64,000 nucleotides of DNA from Polyangiales bacterium (GCA_038231275.1 JBBRLQ010000031.1:25611-89610); one strand, 5' to 3'; positions 49,007 to 63,350 are shown, numbered from the stretch's first letter. Made by a program: numbers and translations. Notes: generated from the letters alone by a model not told the origin.

Positions 49007-50446
49007 TCAGTTCGCGGCGCCGACGTCGCCACCGCCGAGCGTGACGCCGGGATCGCCGCCCGCCTGGGTCCCCGTGCCACCCGGGCAGTTGGCGTTGATG
49101 AAGTTCTGCAGCACCTTCGCGCGCGCCGGCAGAAACTTCAACGTGAGCGCCTGCGAGATCGTGCTGCGTTCGTCGATCTGCGTGAAGCCGTTCGACGTGG
49201 GCCAGCTGAGGCCACCGCCCAATGGGCGTGTGTTCGACACCTGGTGGCAGCCCGCGCACGACTGCGTCGTCGAGCGCTCGAGGATGTTCTGCGCAGTCAG
49301 GTCGGTGCGGCCAATGCTCGCGAGCTTCGACGTGATCGCCGTGAGGAAGCGCGTGTTGGCGCCGCCCTGGAAGAGATAGTCGTTCGTCTGGTCCTGCTCG
49401 TTGCTCTGCCCGGCGTTGTCGACCGTCGGCGTCGACATGCCGATGCCAGGGATCGACTTGGCGGCGAGGTGCGGCACTTGGCCGATGAATTTATTCTGGA
49501 AGGCGACCGAGGCGGAGTCGGTGCCGCCGAAGAGCGTTCCGAACGGATTGGTCGCGACCGACGTGTCGTGCGCGACGAGCGAGCAGCCGCTTCCGTCGGG
49601 CAGACACGCTTGAAACGCCAGGCGGAACTCACGCAGCTGCCACGGATCCTGGCCGGTCGCGTTCTTGAACATGTTGGCGCGGATCTGCCCGGTGTCGGTG
49701 CCACCACCAACGCCGTAATGCGCGGCCTGGACGACCGGCGAGAAGCCCGCGAGCCCCGTGAAGTAGAAGGCCTGCAGCTTGTTCGCGCGCGACGTGGCGT
49801 CGGCATCGTTCGTGAGACCGTCCCAGAATTGCGCGACGGGGAGACACGCCACGAGCCCAGCGGCCGGCGTCGGGTTGGGGAGAACCGCCTCGAAGATGAT
49901 CAGCACGCGATCGAAGCCGTTCGTGAGCCCCGAGCGCTTGCCGTACACGACGCGGTACTGGCCGCAGTTGCTGCCGCTCTTCGGCGCGAGATCGAAGCGG
50001 TTCACGATCGCGACGGGGATGTAGGCGTCGTTGCCGGTCCCGAAGGGGTTCGTGGTCGAGAGGTCTCCCTCCGCGCGCGGGCACTGGATCGGGAAGCCGT
50101 TGATCGAGGGCACGCCGTTCGTGAGCACGTCGTCGCAGTGCGGCCCGGTCGTCGTGCCCTGCGCCTTCGTGTGCATCGTGTCCATCATCTGCTGGTAAAC
50201 CGAGGTGCCCGTCTGTCCCGTGGCGCTCCCGGTCGCGGCGATCTGGTTCATGACCTTTTGCATCGGGAACTTCGCGAGCGCCGTCGGGTCGGTGACGAAG
50301 AGTGAGCGGCTCGGATCGGGCGGCGTGGCGCACGTCCCGGTGATCGCGTCCTCCGAAGTGCCGGCGGCGCCGTCGTCGTTCGACGACGAGCACGCGATCG
50401 CGACGAGCGAAAAGAGGGGAAAGAGGGGAACGAGTGAACGGCGCAT
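49007..50446 (-). CDS. Hypothetical lipoprotein with a single C-terminal CxxCH (possible c-type heme)
   Basis: RBS AAGGAG; AIAC lipobox; NRFDLAP..CGQYR, IFEA.LPNP, GQIRAN, WQLREF, SCAGCH. Confidence 0.75.
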   Translation of the reverse strand: MRRSLVPLFPLFSLVAIACSSSNDDGAAGTSEDAITGTCATPPDPSRSLFVTDPTALAKFPMQKVMNQIAATGSATGQTGTSVYQQMMDTMHTKAQGTTTGPHCDDVLTNGVPSINGFPIQCPRAEGDLSTTNPFGTGNDAYIPVAIVNRFDLAPKSGSNCGQYRVVYGKRSGLTNGFDRVLIIFEAVLPNPTPAAGLVACLPVAQFWDGLTNDADATSRANKLQAFYFTGLAGFSPVVQAAHYGVGGGTDTGQIRANMFKNATGQDPWQLREFRLAFQACLPDGSGCSLVAHDTSVATNPFGTLFGGTDSASVAFQNKFIGQVPHLAAKSIPGIGMSTPTVDNAGQSNEQDQTNDYLFQGGANTRFLTAITSKLASIGRTDLTAQNILERSTTQSCAGCHQVSNTRPLGGGLSWPTSNGFTQIDERSTISQALTLKFLPARAKVLQNFINANCPGGTGTQAGGDPGVTLGGGDVGAAN

Positions 50447-50639
50447 GGGAAGTCTCCTTGGGTAAAGGGCGCGGGCACACGTCGGCCTGCGCGCGGGAGA
50501 GCCCACGCGCGAATGGCCCGCGCTTCATGCGGTCAATTGACCGACCCGCGCACCTTCCGTGATGAAATCGTCCAACGTGGGTGGACCGATCCCCTCGGAT
50601 CCAGTGGACTTCTCCGGGTCCAGGGGGGCGCGGGATTCG

Positions 50640-51749
50640 TCAGACGACGAGCGAAATACGCTCTTCGTGCGCGTCGTCGAGGCTGCCGTTTCCGCCGGCT
50701 TCGCCCGTTTCACCGCGCTCCGCGTTTTTGAGGAGGCGCCAGATGTGGCGACCGAGCACGTCGATCTCGGTCGACGCGAACTGCTCGCCGCCGAAGCGTT
50801 GGATCGTCTCGGTCTGGAGCTTCAAGATTTCGGCGTCCTGCTTGAAGATCGCGAGCGCCAGCGGGTGCAAGAACGGCTTGATGAGCGCGCCAGGGATGCG
50901 CAGCTTGAAGCTCACGACGGCGAAGATGCGCGTGACGAAGTCGCTCACCGGCGTCATCGCGGAGGCCACGAGGATGTGGTTCTCCGTGCCGATCGAGTAC
51001 TCGACCTCGGCGATCGACGGCAGGAGGAAGCGATCGAAGTGCGTCACCGTTCCGCCGGACGGCGACAAGAGTCGCGCGACCACGCCGGGCGGTCGCGGCT
51101 CACCGAGGTACTCCGCGACGACCTTGTCCTTGGTGCGCGTGACGTGCGCTTCGATCGTGATGTTGCGGCTCTTCGTGCGGAAGAGGCCCTTGTGAAGGAA
51201 CGCGGTGTGCGGGACGTCGAGCGCGTTCTCGATCGTCGCGTGGAGCGTGGCCGGCGACTCGACGATCTGGCGCACCGTCGTGTACCCGGGCGCGTTCGCC
51301 TTCGTGAAGCGGTACGGCACGCTCTCGGGCGGACCGGCCTCTGCGCGTGAGCTCGAGTAGACCCAGACGAAGCCGTCTTGCTCCACCGTGGGGTAGCTCT
51401 GCGCGTGGCGCGCCTTCGCGTCGGCTTCTCCCACGAGGCTGGGGATGTGCTTGCAGACGCCTTCGCGATCGAAGCGCCAGCCGTGGTAGCGGCACTGGAG
51501 TTGCCCACCTGCGATTTCTCCGGCCGAGAGCGGCACGTTGCGGTGCGGACAGCGGTCGAGGAGCGCGCCCGGCTTGCCTTCGCCGTCGCGGAAGAGGACC
51601 AGCGGCGTCCCCTGGAGCGTGCGTGCGATCGGCTTTTTCCCAAGCTCTGCGCTCGACGCCAGGATGAACCACTGGCGCGGCAAGTGGACGACCGACGCGT
51701 GGCCCTTCGTCGCCGGCGGCTTCAGGACATGCAGCACGGGAGCGGCCAT
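50640..51749 (-). CDS. Rieske non-heme iron oxygenase alpha subunit (VanA-like)
   Basis: CPHR...CRYHGW Rieske ligands; ENALDVPHTAFLH; QD. Confidence 0.9.
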   Translation of the reverse strand: MAAPVLHVLKPPATKGHASVVHLPRQWFILASSAELGKKPIARTLQGTPLVLFRDGEGKPGALLDRCPHRNVPLSAGEIAGGQLQCRYHGWRFDREGVCKHIPSLVGEADAKARHAQSYPTVEQDGFVWVYSSSRAEAGPPESVPYRFTKANAPGYTTVRQIVESPATLHATIENALDVPHTAFLHKGLFRTKSRNITIEAHVTRTKDKVVAEYLGEPRPPGVVARLLSPSGGTVTHFDRFLLPSIAEVEYSIGTENHILVASAMTPVSDFVTRIFAVVSFKLRIPGALIKPFLHPLALAIFKQDAEILKLQTETIQRFGGEQFASTEIDVLGRHIWRLLKNAERGETGEAGGNGSLDDAHEERISLVV

Positions 51750-51827
51750 GCCCTCTTCTTATCGCATTCCCCGAGCCGTTCCACCCAAGAGGCGCAGGTA
51801 CGGGCAAAGGTCGTGCATAATGGCCGC

Positions 51828-52820
51828 GTGATCCTTCTCCGCGTCGTGCCGCTCGCCTTCGTCGCCTCGATGGCGGCATGCGTTCATCCCCGCGCCCCGC
51901 TCGCGGCGCCGGCGACCGCAACGCCGACCGCGACCGCGACCACGACCGCGACCGCGAGCACGACCACGACCGCGACCACGACCGCGACCGCGACCGCGAC
52001 CGCGACCGAGCCACCGGCGCCGAAGATCGAGCTTCCACAAGGTGGTCGAGAGCTTTTCCCCGCGCACCGCCTCGTCGGGTATTGCGGCACCCCCGGCGCG
52101 CCTGCCCTCGGTCGCCTCGCCGGCGATCTCGCCGCGCGAACCAAGAGCATCCAGTCGCTCGGTGCGAAGTACGCGCAAGATCGCAAGGTGCTCCCGCTGT
52201 TCGAGCTCATCGCCGTGGTCGTGCAAGGCGCGCCGGGTCCCGACGGAAAATGGCGGCACCGCGTGGCCGACTCGGTCGTCGACGAATACTTGCAGGCTGC
52301 ACGCGATGCGAAGGGGCTCCTGCTGCTCAACATCCAGCCCGGGCAGTCGGACTTCATGACCGAGGTGAAGCACTTCGAGCGGTACCTCCGCGAGCCGGAC
52401 GTCGGGGTCGCGCTCGATCCGGAGTGGGCGATGAAGCCGAAGCAGAAGCCCGGCGTCTTTTACGGGCAAGCGTCGGGCGCGACGATCAACGAGGTTGGCG
52501 AGTACCTCGCGAAGATCGTGAAGGACGGAGACCTCCCCGAGAAGGCGCTCGTCTTCCACCAGATGAACGGGTGGGTCGTGAAGGACGAAGGGGTGCTCGC
52601 GCCGCATCCTGGCGTCGTCCTCATCAAGAGCGTCGACGGCTTCGGCCCGAAGGGGGCGAAGATCAACACCTACAAGTTCCTCGTGAAGACGATGCCGGAG
52701 GTAGTGCACGCCGGCTTCAAGCTGTTCTTCGACGAGGACACGGCGAGCGGCGCCAAGCTCATGAGCCCCGACGAGGTGCTGGGGCTGACACCGCTGCCCG
52801 AATACGTGATGTACGAGTGA
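51828..52820 (+). CDS. Hypothetical lipoprotein with Thr/Ala linker and globular (possibly TIM-barrel) domain
   Basis: MAAC lipobox; LLNIQPG, GVALDPEW, LVFHQ, DGFG..K, GFKLFFDED; start uncertain. Confidence 0.7.
   Translation: MILLRVVPLAFVASMAACVHPRAPLAAPATATPTATATTTATASTTTTATTTATATATATEPPAPKIELPQGGRELFPAHRLVGYCGTPGAPALGRLAGDLAARTKSIQSLGAKYAQDRKVLPLFELIAVVVQGAPGPDGKWRHRVADSVVDEYLQAARDAKGLLLLNIQPGQSDFMTEVKHFERYLREPDVGVALDPEWAMKPKQKPGVFYGQASGATINEVGEYLAKIVKDGDLPEKALVFHQMNGWVVKDEGVLAPHPGVVLIKSVDGFGPKGAKINTYKFLVKTMPEVVHAGFKLFFDEDTASGAKLMSPDEVLGLTPLPEYVMYE
51912..52008 (+). repeat. Coding hexamer microsatellite (ACCGCG/ACCACG)n encoding (TA/TT)n linker
   Basis: Seen directly in the sequence. Confidence 0.85.
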
Positions 52821-52921
52821 GCAGAATCGGCGCAAGGCTGCGCGGGATCTGCTCGAAATCGCGTGAAACCCCTCGATCCGCGCGGCGTTTCGCGCGGATC
52901 GCTCCTTGCTGGAGTACCACC

Positions 52922-54301
52922 ATGCGTCTCACCCCCGCCCTCTTCATCGCCTTGTCCGCCACCGCATTTGGTTGCACCACCAGCTCGAACAACGCCGGCC
53001 CCGACGGCGGCGCCCCACCCGTCGACGCCGCCCCGGCCGACGGCGCCGTCGTGCCCTCGGCCTGCCCCGCGCCCACCGGAGGCCCGACGACCCACAAGAG
53101 CAGCGTCGCCGCCGACGAGACGTGGACCGCCGCCGCGAGCCCGCACATCCTTCCGTACGACACGGAGATCACCGCGACGCTGACGCTCGAGCCGTGCGCC
53201 GTCGTCCTGCTCGCCCCGAGGCTGACCGTCACGATCTCCACGAAGGGATCGATCGTCGGGACCGCCACCGCCACGACGCCGATCTCGATCGCCGCGCGCG
53301 ACGCCGGGAAGCCCTGGGCCGTGATCCGCGCGATCGGCGGCACCATGAACCTCACGTACGCGACCATCGACGGGGGCGGAGATCCCTTGAACACGTCGCC
53401 GGTCCTCGCGGGCGCGCTGTACGGCCAGACGGGCGGCGATCCCGCGAGCGCGCCCGACGCGTTCGCGCTCAAGCACGTGGTCGTCTCCGGCTCGAAGAGC
53501 AACGGCGTCACCCTCACCGGCACCGCGCATTTCTCCGCCGACTCGACCGCGCTCACGGTGACCGGCTCGGCCGGGTACCCGGTCAGCATCTTCCCGCGCG
53601 TCGTCGGCTCGCTCCCGAGCGGCACGTACACCGGCAACGCGAACGACGAGATCCTTCTTCCGGGCGGCGGCCAGGGCGAGGTCATCATCGACGATCAGAC
53701 GATGCACGAGCGCGGCGTGCCGTACCACGTGGGTCACCCGTCGTCGGCCGGCGAGCTCCGCGTTGGCAGCTCTTCGGCGGGCGCCGCGGTCGCGACCCTG
53801 ACGATCGAGCCCGGCGTCGTGGTTCGTTTTCAGAAGAAGGGGTACTTCGAGGTCGAGGAGTTCGGCGGCGCCAACCCGGCTACCGGCGCGCTCGTCGCGA
53901 AGGGGACCGTGGACAAACCGATCCGCTTCACTTCGGCCGAAGCGGCGCCGGCGCCTGGCGACTGGGTGGGCGTCAACTTCGGCGGACTCGTCGATCCGAA
54001 GACCGCGCTCGACTACGTGTGGGTCGAGTACGCCGGGCTGCAGACGTCGGGCGGCAGCGGCTCGTGCATGACGGGCCTGCGCCAGCACGCGGTCAGCATC
54101 AACGGCACGCCCACGCCCCGCGCCTTCATCACGAACTCGAAGGTCACCCACGCGCCCAACGCAATCAACTCGGGCTGGAAGGGGGCGCCGGTCGATTTCA
54201 CCGTCTCGAACACGTTCGAGGACATCAGCGGCTGCAAGCTCACCAATCCGCCGGACGCCAACAACGACTGCACCGGGCGACCGCCCTGCGCGGTGAACTG
54301 A
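52922..54301 (+). CDS. Hypothetical lipoprotein, probable right-handed beta-helix with duplicated module
   Basis: AFGC lipobox; TLTLEP...TPISI...W and TLTIEPG...GT..KPIRFTS...GDW..V repeated. Confidence 0.7.
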   Translation: MRLTPALFIALSATAFGCTTSSNNAGPDGGAPPVDAAPADGAVVPSACPAPTGGPTTHKSSVAADETWTAAASPHILPYDTEITATLTLEPCAVVLLAPRLTVTISTKGSIVGTATATTPISIAARDAGKPWAVIRAIGGTMNLTYATIDGGGDPLNTSPVLAGALYGQTGGDPASAPDAFALKHVVVSGSKSNGVTLTGTAHFSADSTALTVTGSAGYPVSIFPRVVGSLPSGTYTGNANDEILLPGGGQGEVIIDDQTMHERGVPYHVGHPSSAGELRVGSSSAGAAVATLTIEPGVVVRFQKKGYFEVEEFGGANPATGALVAKGTVDKPIRFTSAEAAPAPGDWVGVNFGGLVDPKTALDYVWVEYAGLQTSGGSGSCMTGLRQHAVSINGTPTPRAFITNSKVTHAPNAINSGWKGAPVDFTVSNTFEDISGCKLTNPPDANNDCTGRPPCAVN

Positions 54302-54331
54302 CGGCGCGGGCCGCTCACATCGGTCCGTCCG

Positions 54332-55234
54332 TCAAGGTGCGCGGCGCCGCGCGAGCTCGGCGACGACCGCGCGATGATCGCTCACGACCGCATCCAGCGT
54401 CCGGTACCTCACGAATTCCAGCTCCGGCGAGATCAAGATCCAATCGATACGCCGCCACGGGTGTCTCCCCGCAGGGTAGGTGTCCTCCGCGTCCGGCGCG
54501 AGGTACGCGCGCAGATCGAGCCCGCGCGCGAGCTCGCCGAGCGCGCCGCGCCCCTCCTTCCACGACGCGTTCATGTCCCCCATCACGACGAGCGGCCGGA
54601 CCCCGCGCGCGCGCAACGTCGCGACGGTTCGACGCACCTGCGCGCGCCGCGACCCCTCGAAGAACGGGTCGAGGTGAATCGCCACGACATCCAGCTCACC
54701 GCCCTCGAGCGCCGGCGGCCTCGCCGTGCCGACCACCAGCCCCTTGTCGTCCAGGAACGACGTACCGAACGCGACGCTGTCGGGCGCTTCGATCGGGAAC
54801 GCCGACAGGAGCGCGGTGCCATGCTGCATCGCGAACGGCCCACTCTGCACGTGACGATGGGCGCCGAAGGTCCCGTGCGCCAGGCCCGACTCCTCTCCCA
54901 GCCACGCGTAGTGATCGATCCCGCCGCTGTAAAACGATCGGCGATCGAGCTCCTCCAAGGCGACCACGTCCGGCTCCTCGTCGCGAACGAGGCGCGCGAT
55001 GTCCGACAAGTTCCGCTCGATCGTCGCGCGCCGAAACAGCGCGGCAGGGAGGGGCGCGCGCGCGCCGTGCGCGACGTTCAACGTCATCACGCGGACGACG
55101 TCGGGCCGGCCGGAGCCGTGCGAGAGCGCGGCGTGGATGGGAACGCTTGGACGCGACGGCGCGCACGCCGAGAGCAGCGCGGCGAGGGTGAGCGCGGTGA
55201 GTGGCTTCGCGATCCGGGTCGTGGAGGTTGTCAT
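54332..55234 (-). CDS. Endonuclease/exonuclease/phosphatase family lipoprotein
   Basis: LSAC; MTLNV, PDVVALEE, HL, GDMN, RIDWI, SDH. Confidence 0.88.
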   Translation of the reverse strand: MTTSTTRIAKPLTALTLAALLSACAPSRPSVPIHAALSHGSGRPDVVRVMTLNVAHGARAPLPAALFRRATIERNLSDIARLVRDEEPDVVALEELDRRSFYSGGIDHYAWLGEESGLAHGTFGAHRHVQSGPFAMQHGTALLSAFPIEAPDSVAFGTSFLDDKGLVVGTARPPALEGGELDVVAIHLDPFFEGSRRAQVRRTVATLRARGVRPLVVMGDMNASWKEGRGALGELARGLDLRAYLAPDAEDTYPAGRHPWRRIDWILISPELEFVRYRTLDAVVSDHRAVVAELARRRAP

Positions 55235-55410
55235 TGCTGCACCGTGGCCCGCGGAAACGGATGCGGCGTCGACGCGGCGTGAAACCCTCGTGAACGCGGG
55301 GCGAACCTGCCGCGCTCGCAGGACCGCCTCACCCCGCCCGGAGCACGACCTCGAATTTCCCTGCAAAAACAGCGTCCGTGTGTGGCACGAAACTGGCCAT
55401 AGGAGGTCTC

Positions 55411-55587
55411 ATGAACACGAACAAGACGACCGTCCCCGTCCTGCTGGTCATCCTCGGCATGCTCGCGCTCGGCGCGTGCCGCAACACCTACAACGGCGCG
55501 AAGGCCGACACGCGCAAGGCCGTCGACAAGACCGGACACGCCGTCGAGCGCACCGGCGAGAAGATCGAGGACTCTTCGAAGAAGTGA
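55411..55587 (+). CDS. Small entericidin-like lipoprotein
   Basis: RBS AGGAGG; LGAC-RNT..G...D followed by an amphipathic helix; 58 aa. Confidence 0.7.
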   Translation: MNTNKTTVPVLLVILGMLALGACRNTYNGAKADTRKAVDKTGHAVERTGEKIEDSSKK

Positions 55588-55619
55588 CCGGCCCTCGAAT
55601 GGCAGGCTAAGCTGACGGC

Positions 55620-56753
55620 GTGCTCCCCCGCGCCGCCACGTTCGCCGTCGTGAGCGTGGTGCTGCTCGCCGTCGCCTGCCACAAGCCCGCGGAGCCGCCG
55701 GTACCTCCGCAGGCCCCCGCGGGAGAGGCGTGGCTCACCCTTCAACAGATCAAAGACGCCAAGATCGAGATCTTGGAGGTCGCCGAGCAGAACGTCGACG
55801 ACACCATCCTCACCAGCGGACGCGTGACGTTCGACGACCAGCGCGTCGCCCACGTCTTCTCACCGGTGAGCGGGCGCGTGCTGAGCATCTCGGCGCGCCT
55901 CGGGGCCCGCGTCCTCAAGGGCGCGTCGCTCGCGGTGATCGAGTCGCCGGAGATGGGCATCGCCTCGAGCGACGTGGGCAAGGCGAGCGCCGACGTCATC
56001 GCGGCAGAGCACGACTACAAGCGCCACAAGGATCTATTCGATCACCACGCGGCGTCGGAGAAGGACCTCGAGGCCAGCCTCGACGGGTTCCGAAGAGCAC
56101 AGGCCGAGATGGCGCGCGCACGGCAGAAGGCGCAGCTCCTCAAGGCCGGCGCCGGCGTCTCGCAGGGCTACACGGTGACCACGCCGATGGAAGGCGAGGT
56201 CATCATGAAGAACGTCAGCAACGGCGTCGAGGTGCAGGGCCAGTACGGCGGCGGCACGGCCGTCGAGCTCTTCACGGTGGGCGAGCTCGACAAGGTATGG
56301 GTGATCGCAGACGTCTTCGAGATGGACATCGCGCGTGTGAAGATCGGCTCGCGCGCGACGGTCAAGGTCGTCGCGTACGCCGATCGCCAGTTCGACGGGA
56401 AGGTCGACTGGGTCAGCGGCACACTCGATCCGGTCACGCGCACCGCCAAGGTCCGCTGCAACTTCGACAACGCCGACCGCCTGCTGAAGCCGGAGATGTA
56501 CACGACGGTGCAGATCTCGGTCGAAGAGCGCCGCGCGCTGGCCATCTCGCGCCCATCCTTGATTCGCCTGGGAGACGAGACCGTCGTCTTCCGGGAGGTC
56601 GGCACCGCCGCAGACGGCAGGCTCCGCTTCGTGCGCGCGCCGGTGGTCGTCGACGAAGGCGAAGGCGGCAAGTGGGTCCCCGTGAGCCGCGGCCTCGAGC
56701 CCGGCGCGAGGATCGTCACCTCGGGTGCGATCTTACTGTCCGGGATGATTTGA
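55620..56753 (+). CDS. CzcB/CusB-like RND efflux periplasmic adaptor
   Basis: AVAC lipobox, SPVSGRV, VWV.ADVFE.D, LDPVTRT.KVR, LKPEMY, GL.PG..IV. Confidence 0.85.
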   Translation: MLPRAATFAVVSVVLLAVACHKPAEPPVPPQAPAGEAWLTLQQIKDAKIEILEVAEQNVDDTILTSGRVTFDDQRVAHVFSPVSGRVLSISARLGARVLKGASLAVIESPEMGIASSDVGKASADVIAAEHDYKRHKDLFDHHAASEKDLEASLDGFRRAQAEMARARQKAQLLKAGAGVSQGYTVTTPMEGEVIMKNVSNGVEVQGQYGGGTAVELFTVGELDKVWVIADVFEMDIARVKIGSRATVKVVAYADRQFDGKVDWVSGTLDPVTRTAKVRCNFDNADRLLKPEMYTTVQISVEERRALAISRPSLIRLGDETVVFREVGTAADGRLRFVRAPVVVDEGEGGKWVPVSRGLEPGARIVTSGAILLSGMI

Positions 56754-57338
56754 GGCGCGCGCGCGGACCCCTGCGCGCGACCACTCCACGCGGAGGCGTG
56801 CGCGCGCGAAGGACGCGAGCAACTTCGCCCGGGGCAGCGTCTCCCTAGCCCACGCGTAGGCCGCCAACGTCGCGAGCGCGACGAAGAACCATACGGTGCG
56901 CGCAACCACGATCGCGCGAGGCCTGAACGCGCCGACGATCGCGAGGTCGGCTTCGGCTTCGGCTTCGGCTTCGGAGATCGGAGTCGGCGTCGGAGTCGGC
57001 GTCGGAGTCGGGCCGAGCACGCGAACGCGCACGGGGATCAGCTCGGGGACCGGCGCGGGCGACGCCGCCGTAGGGAGCGGCGGCGGAGGGCGGCTCGTCT
57101 TCGCGGCGGGCCGCGGCGGCGTAGGGCGCGAGGGCCGAGGCTCGAGCCCTTCACTCCGCGCCATGGCGAGGATCTCCGCGGGAACGGCGTCCACCTTGGT
57201 CGTCTCGGCAAGATCACATTCGCCACCGACCTTCGCGAGCTTGGGCTTGGGCGACGGGACGACCGTGAGCGCGCGGCGCTTCGGAAGAGGCGGGGGCTGG
57301 AGCTTCGGCGCGGTCCGGGGCATGGGCGCGATGTTCAT
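56733..57338 (-). CDS. Hypothetical Pro-rich membrane protein
   Basis: Low-complexity N-terminus, (PT)n and (EA)n runs, one TM helix; upstream sigma54-like site. Confidence 0.5.
   Translation of the reverse strand: MNIAPMPRTAPKLQPPPLPKRRALTVVPSPKPKLAKVGGECDLAETTKVDAVPAEILAMARSEGLEPRPSRPTPPRPAAKTSRPPPPLPTAASPAPVPELIPVRVRVLGPTPTPTPTPTPISEAEAEAEADLAIVGAFRPRAIVVARTVWFFVALATLAAYAWARETLPRAKLLASFARARLRVEWSRAGVRARASNHPGQ
56946..57010. repeat. Adjacent hexamer microsatellites (TCGGCT)n and (GTCGGA/GTCGGC)n
   Basis: Seen directly; encode EA and PT runs on the minus strand. Confidence 0.8.
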
Positions 57339-57358
57339 GGCAGTTGGAAATATCGAAT

Positions 57359-57374
57359 TGCATGTGCCGTGCCC
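57359..57374 (-). promoter_or_regulatory. Putative sigma54 -24/-12 promoter
   Basis: Minus strand GGGCACGGCACATGCA (GG-N10-GC), predicted +1 about 10 nt before ATG 57338. Confidence 0.5.
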
Positions 57375-57498
57375 TGCGCGGATCGTCGATTTTCCGCGCG
57401 ATTGCGCAGGAGGGTGATGGCGACCGGCAGCAGGCGTCGCTCGCCCCGATCCAGACCAAAGACCTTGCCAGACCCGGATTGGGGAGTGACCGGTTCGG

Positions 57499-58074
57499 CT
57501 AAGGCAGCGCCGCGAACGCGCGCAGACTCGGGCGGCGGCGGTGCTCGCGCATTTCGAACATCATTTCGCGCAGCGCGTCCGCCCCGAGGATGCGGCGCGC
57601 CTCCGGGTACACGATGCGCTCCTCGAAGCGCAGATGCTGGAGAGCGCATTCCTCGAGCTCGACGCGCGCATCGTGCAGATCGCGCACGCTGACCGGGTCA
57701 TCGCCCGTCGTCAGGCGGGTGAGGTGCCCCTCGAGGCGCCCCCAAAGCGGCCTCAGCACGTCGTGCTCGGCGTCGAGCCGATCGAGCGCCTCGCCGAGCG
57801 CGCTGTCGTTTGACCCGATCGCCGCGCGCAGCTTCGGAAAGAGGAGACCCTCCTCGTCGAACGCGTGGAGCTCCCCCTCGCGCCCGAGCAAATCCAACGC
57901 CGCGAGCGCGAGCCGCGACGCCTCGTCGAGGGACTCCGGGTCGTGGGTGCGCACGCCGGCGTCGATCGCGCGCAGGCGCTGGAGCTGATCACGAACGGTC
58001 ATGTGGTGCGCGATCATCACGTCGATCGCGTCGCCCTTCGGCCAGACTTCGTACTCGCCGCTCTGCGTGCTCAT
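57499..58074 (-). CDS. Hemerythrin-like (HHE) domain protein
   Basis: HH, H..DEE..LFP, EH, H...EE..VYP. Confidence 0.8.
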   Translation of the reverse strand: MSTQSGEYEVWPKGDAIDVMIAHHMTVRDQLQRLRAIDAGVRTHDPESLDEASRLALAALDLLGREGELHAFDEEGLLFPKLRAAIGSNDSALGEALDRLDAEHDVLRPLWGRLEGHLTRLTTGDDPVSVRDLHDARVELEECALQHLRFEERIVYPEARRILGADALREMMFEMREHRRRPSLRAFAALP

Positions 58075-58148
58075 GGGGCCCCCGCCTCTTCCCAAAATCT
58101 ACGACTTCCCGGCTGCGCGCCACGTGCTTCGGATTCCGACCCCGATGC

Positions 58149-59204
58149 CTACCGGAAGGCCTGTTGGAGCTTCTGGAGCGCCGCGTTGCCCGGGCACAGC
58201 TCCTCGTGCGCGACGCGCGACAGCGGCGTCTTCACGGTCTTGGCGGCGTCGTGCATGTCCTGCGACGACTCGTCCAAATAGAGGAGGCCGGTGGCGATCT
58301 CGCCCGAGCTCTGGTGATCGCGCAAGTGGCTCAATACAGCGACTCGGTCGGTAGGATCGTAGTCGGCGGCGACCTTGCGGAAGCGGACCACGCTCCCGTC
58401 GTGCATCTTCACGGAGTGCGCCGAGCCCGGCGGGTACTCGGCGGTGATCTCGTTTGCGAACGGCACGAAGTCGGCCTCGATGATCGGCAGCTGGTGCTTG
58501 CGCGTGTACTTGTAGCTCTTGGTCGAACCCTCGTGGTCGTTGAACGTGACGCACGGGGAGATGACGTCGATCAGCGCGAAGCCGTTGTGGCGCAGCCCGG
58601 CCTTCAAGATCGGGACGAGCTGCGTCTTGTCCCCGGAGAAGCTCCGCGCGACGAACGTGGCGCCGATGTTGAGGGCGAGCATCACGGGGTCGAGCGGCGC
58701 CTGGGAGTTGGCCTCGCCCTTCTTGGACTTCGAGCCGACGTCCGCCGACGCGGAGAATTGCCCCTTGGTGAGGCCGTAAACGCCGTTGTTCTCGATCACG
58801 TAGAGCATCTTCACGTTGCGGCGGATGGCGTGGCACATCTGTCCGAGGCCGATCGAGAGCGAGTCGCCGTCGCCGCTGATGCCGATGTACGTGAGCTCGC
58901 GGTTCGCGGCGCTGGCGCCTGTGGCGATGGCCGGCATGCGACCGTGCGCCGAGTTGAAGCCGTGGGCGCCGGAGACGAAGTACGTCGGCGTCTTCGACGA
59001 GCAGCCGATGCCGGAGAGCTTGGCCAGCATGTGCGGCGGCGTATCGAGCTCGTAGAGCGCGCGGACGATCGCGGCCGTGATCGAGTCGTGCCCGCACCCC
59101 GCGCACAGGGTGGACATCGCGCCTTCGTAGTCGCGGAGCGTCAGGCCGAGCGCGTTCGGCTGGAGAGACGGGTGCCTCGCGACGGGCTTCTTGATGTAGC
59201 TCAT
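58149..59204 (-). CDS. korB: 2-oxoacid:ferredoxin oxidoreductase beta subunit
   Basis: CAGCGH, SGIGCSSK, HGR, GDGD...N..YGLTKGQ TPP motif, SPCVTF. Confidence 0.92.
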   Translation of the reverse strand: MSYIKKPVARHPSLQPNALGLTLRDYEGAMSTLCAGCGHDSITAAIVRALYELDTPPHMLAKLSGIGCSSKTPTYFVSGAHGFNSAHGRMPAIATGASAANRELTYIGISGDGDSLSIGLGQMCHAIRRNVKMLYVIENNGVYGLTKGQFSASADVGSKSKKGEANSQAPLDPVMLALNIGATFVARSFSGDKTQLVPILKAGLRHNGFALIDVISPCVTFNDHEGSTKSYKYTRKHQLPIIEADFVPFANEITAEYPPGSAHSVKMHDGSVVRFRKVAADYDPTDRVAVLSHLRDHQSSGEIATGLLYLDESSQDMHDAAKTVKTPLSRVAHEELCPGNAALQKLQQAFR

Positions 59205-59241
59205 TCGCCGGTTCCTCGGGCTTGGTTGCGGATGACGTTGC

Positions 59242-63350
<4,109 letters not shown>

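Noticed and set aside
51878..52921. Apparent 807-aa ORF with (DR)n repeats
   Set aside because: Off-frame read of the upstream lipoprotein; the real gene starts at 52922
55383..55397. TGGCACGAAACTGGC sigma54-like site
   Set aside because: Its predicted +1 (about 55409) would exclude the strong AGGAGG RBS from the transcript; left uncalled
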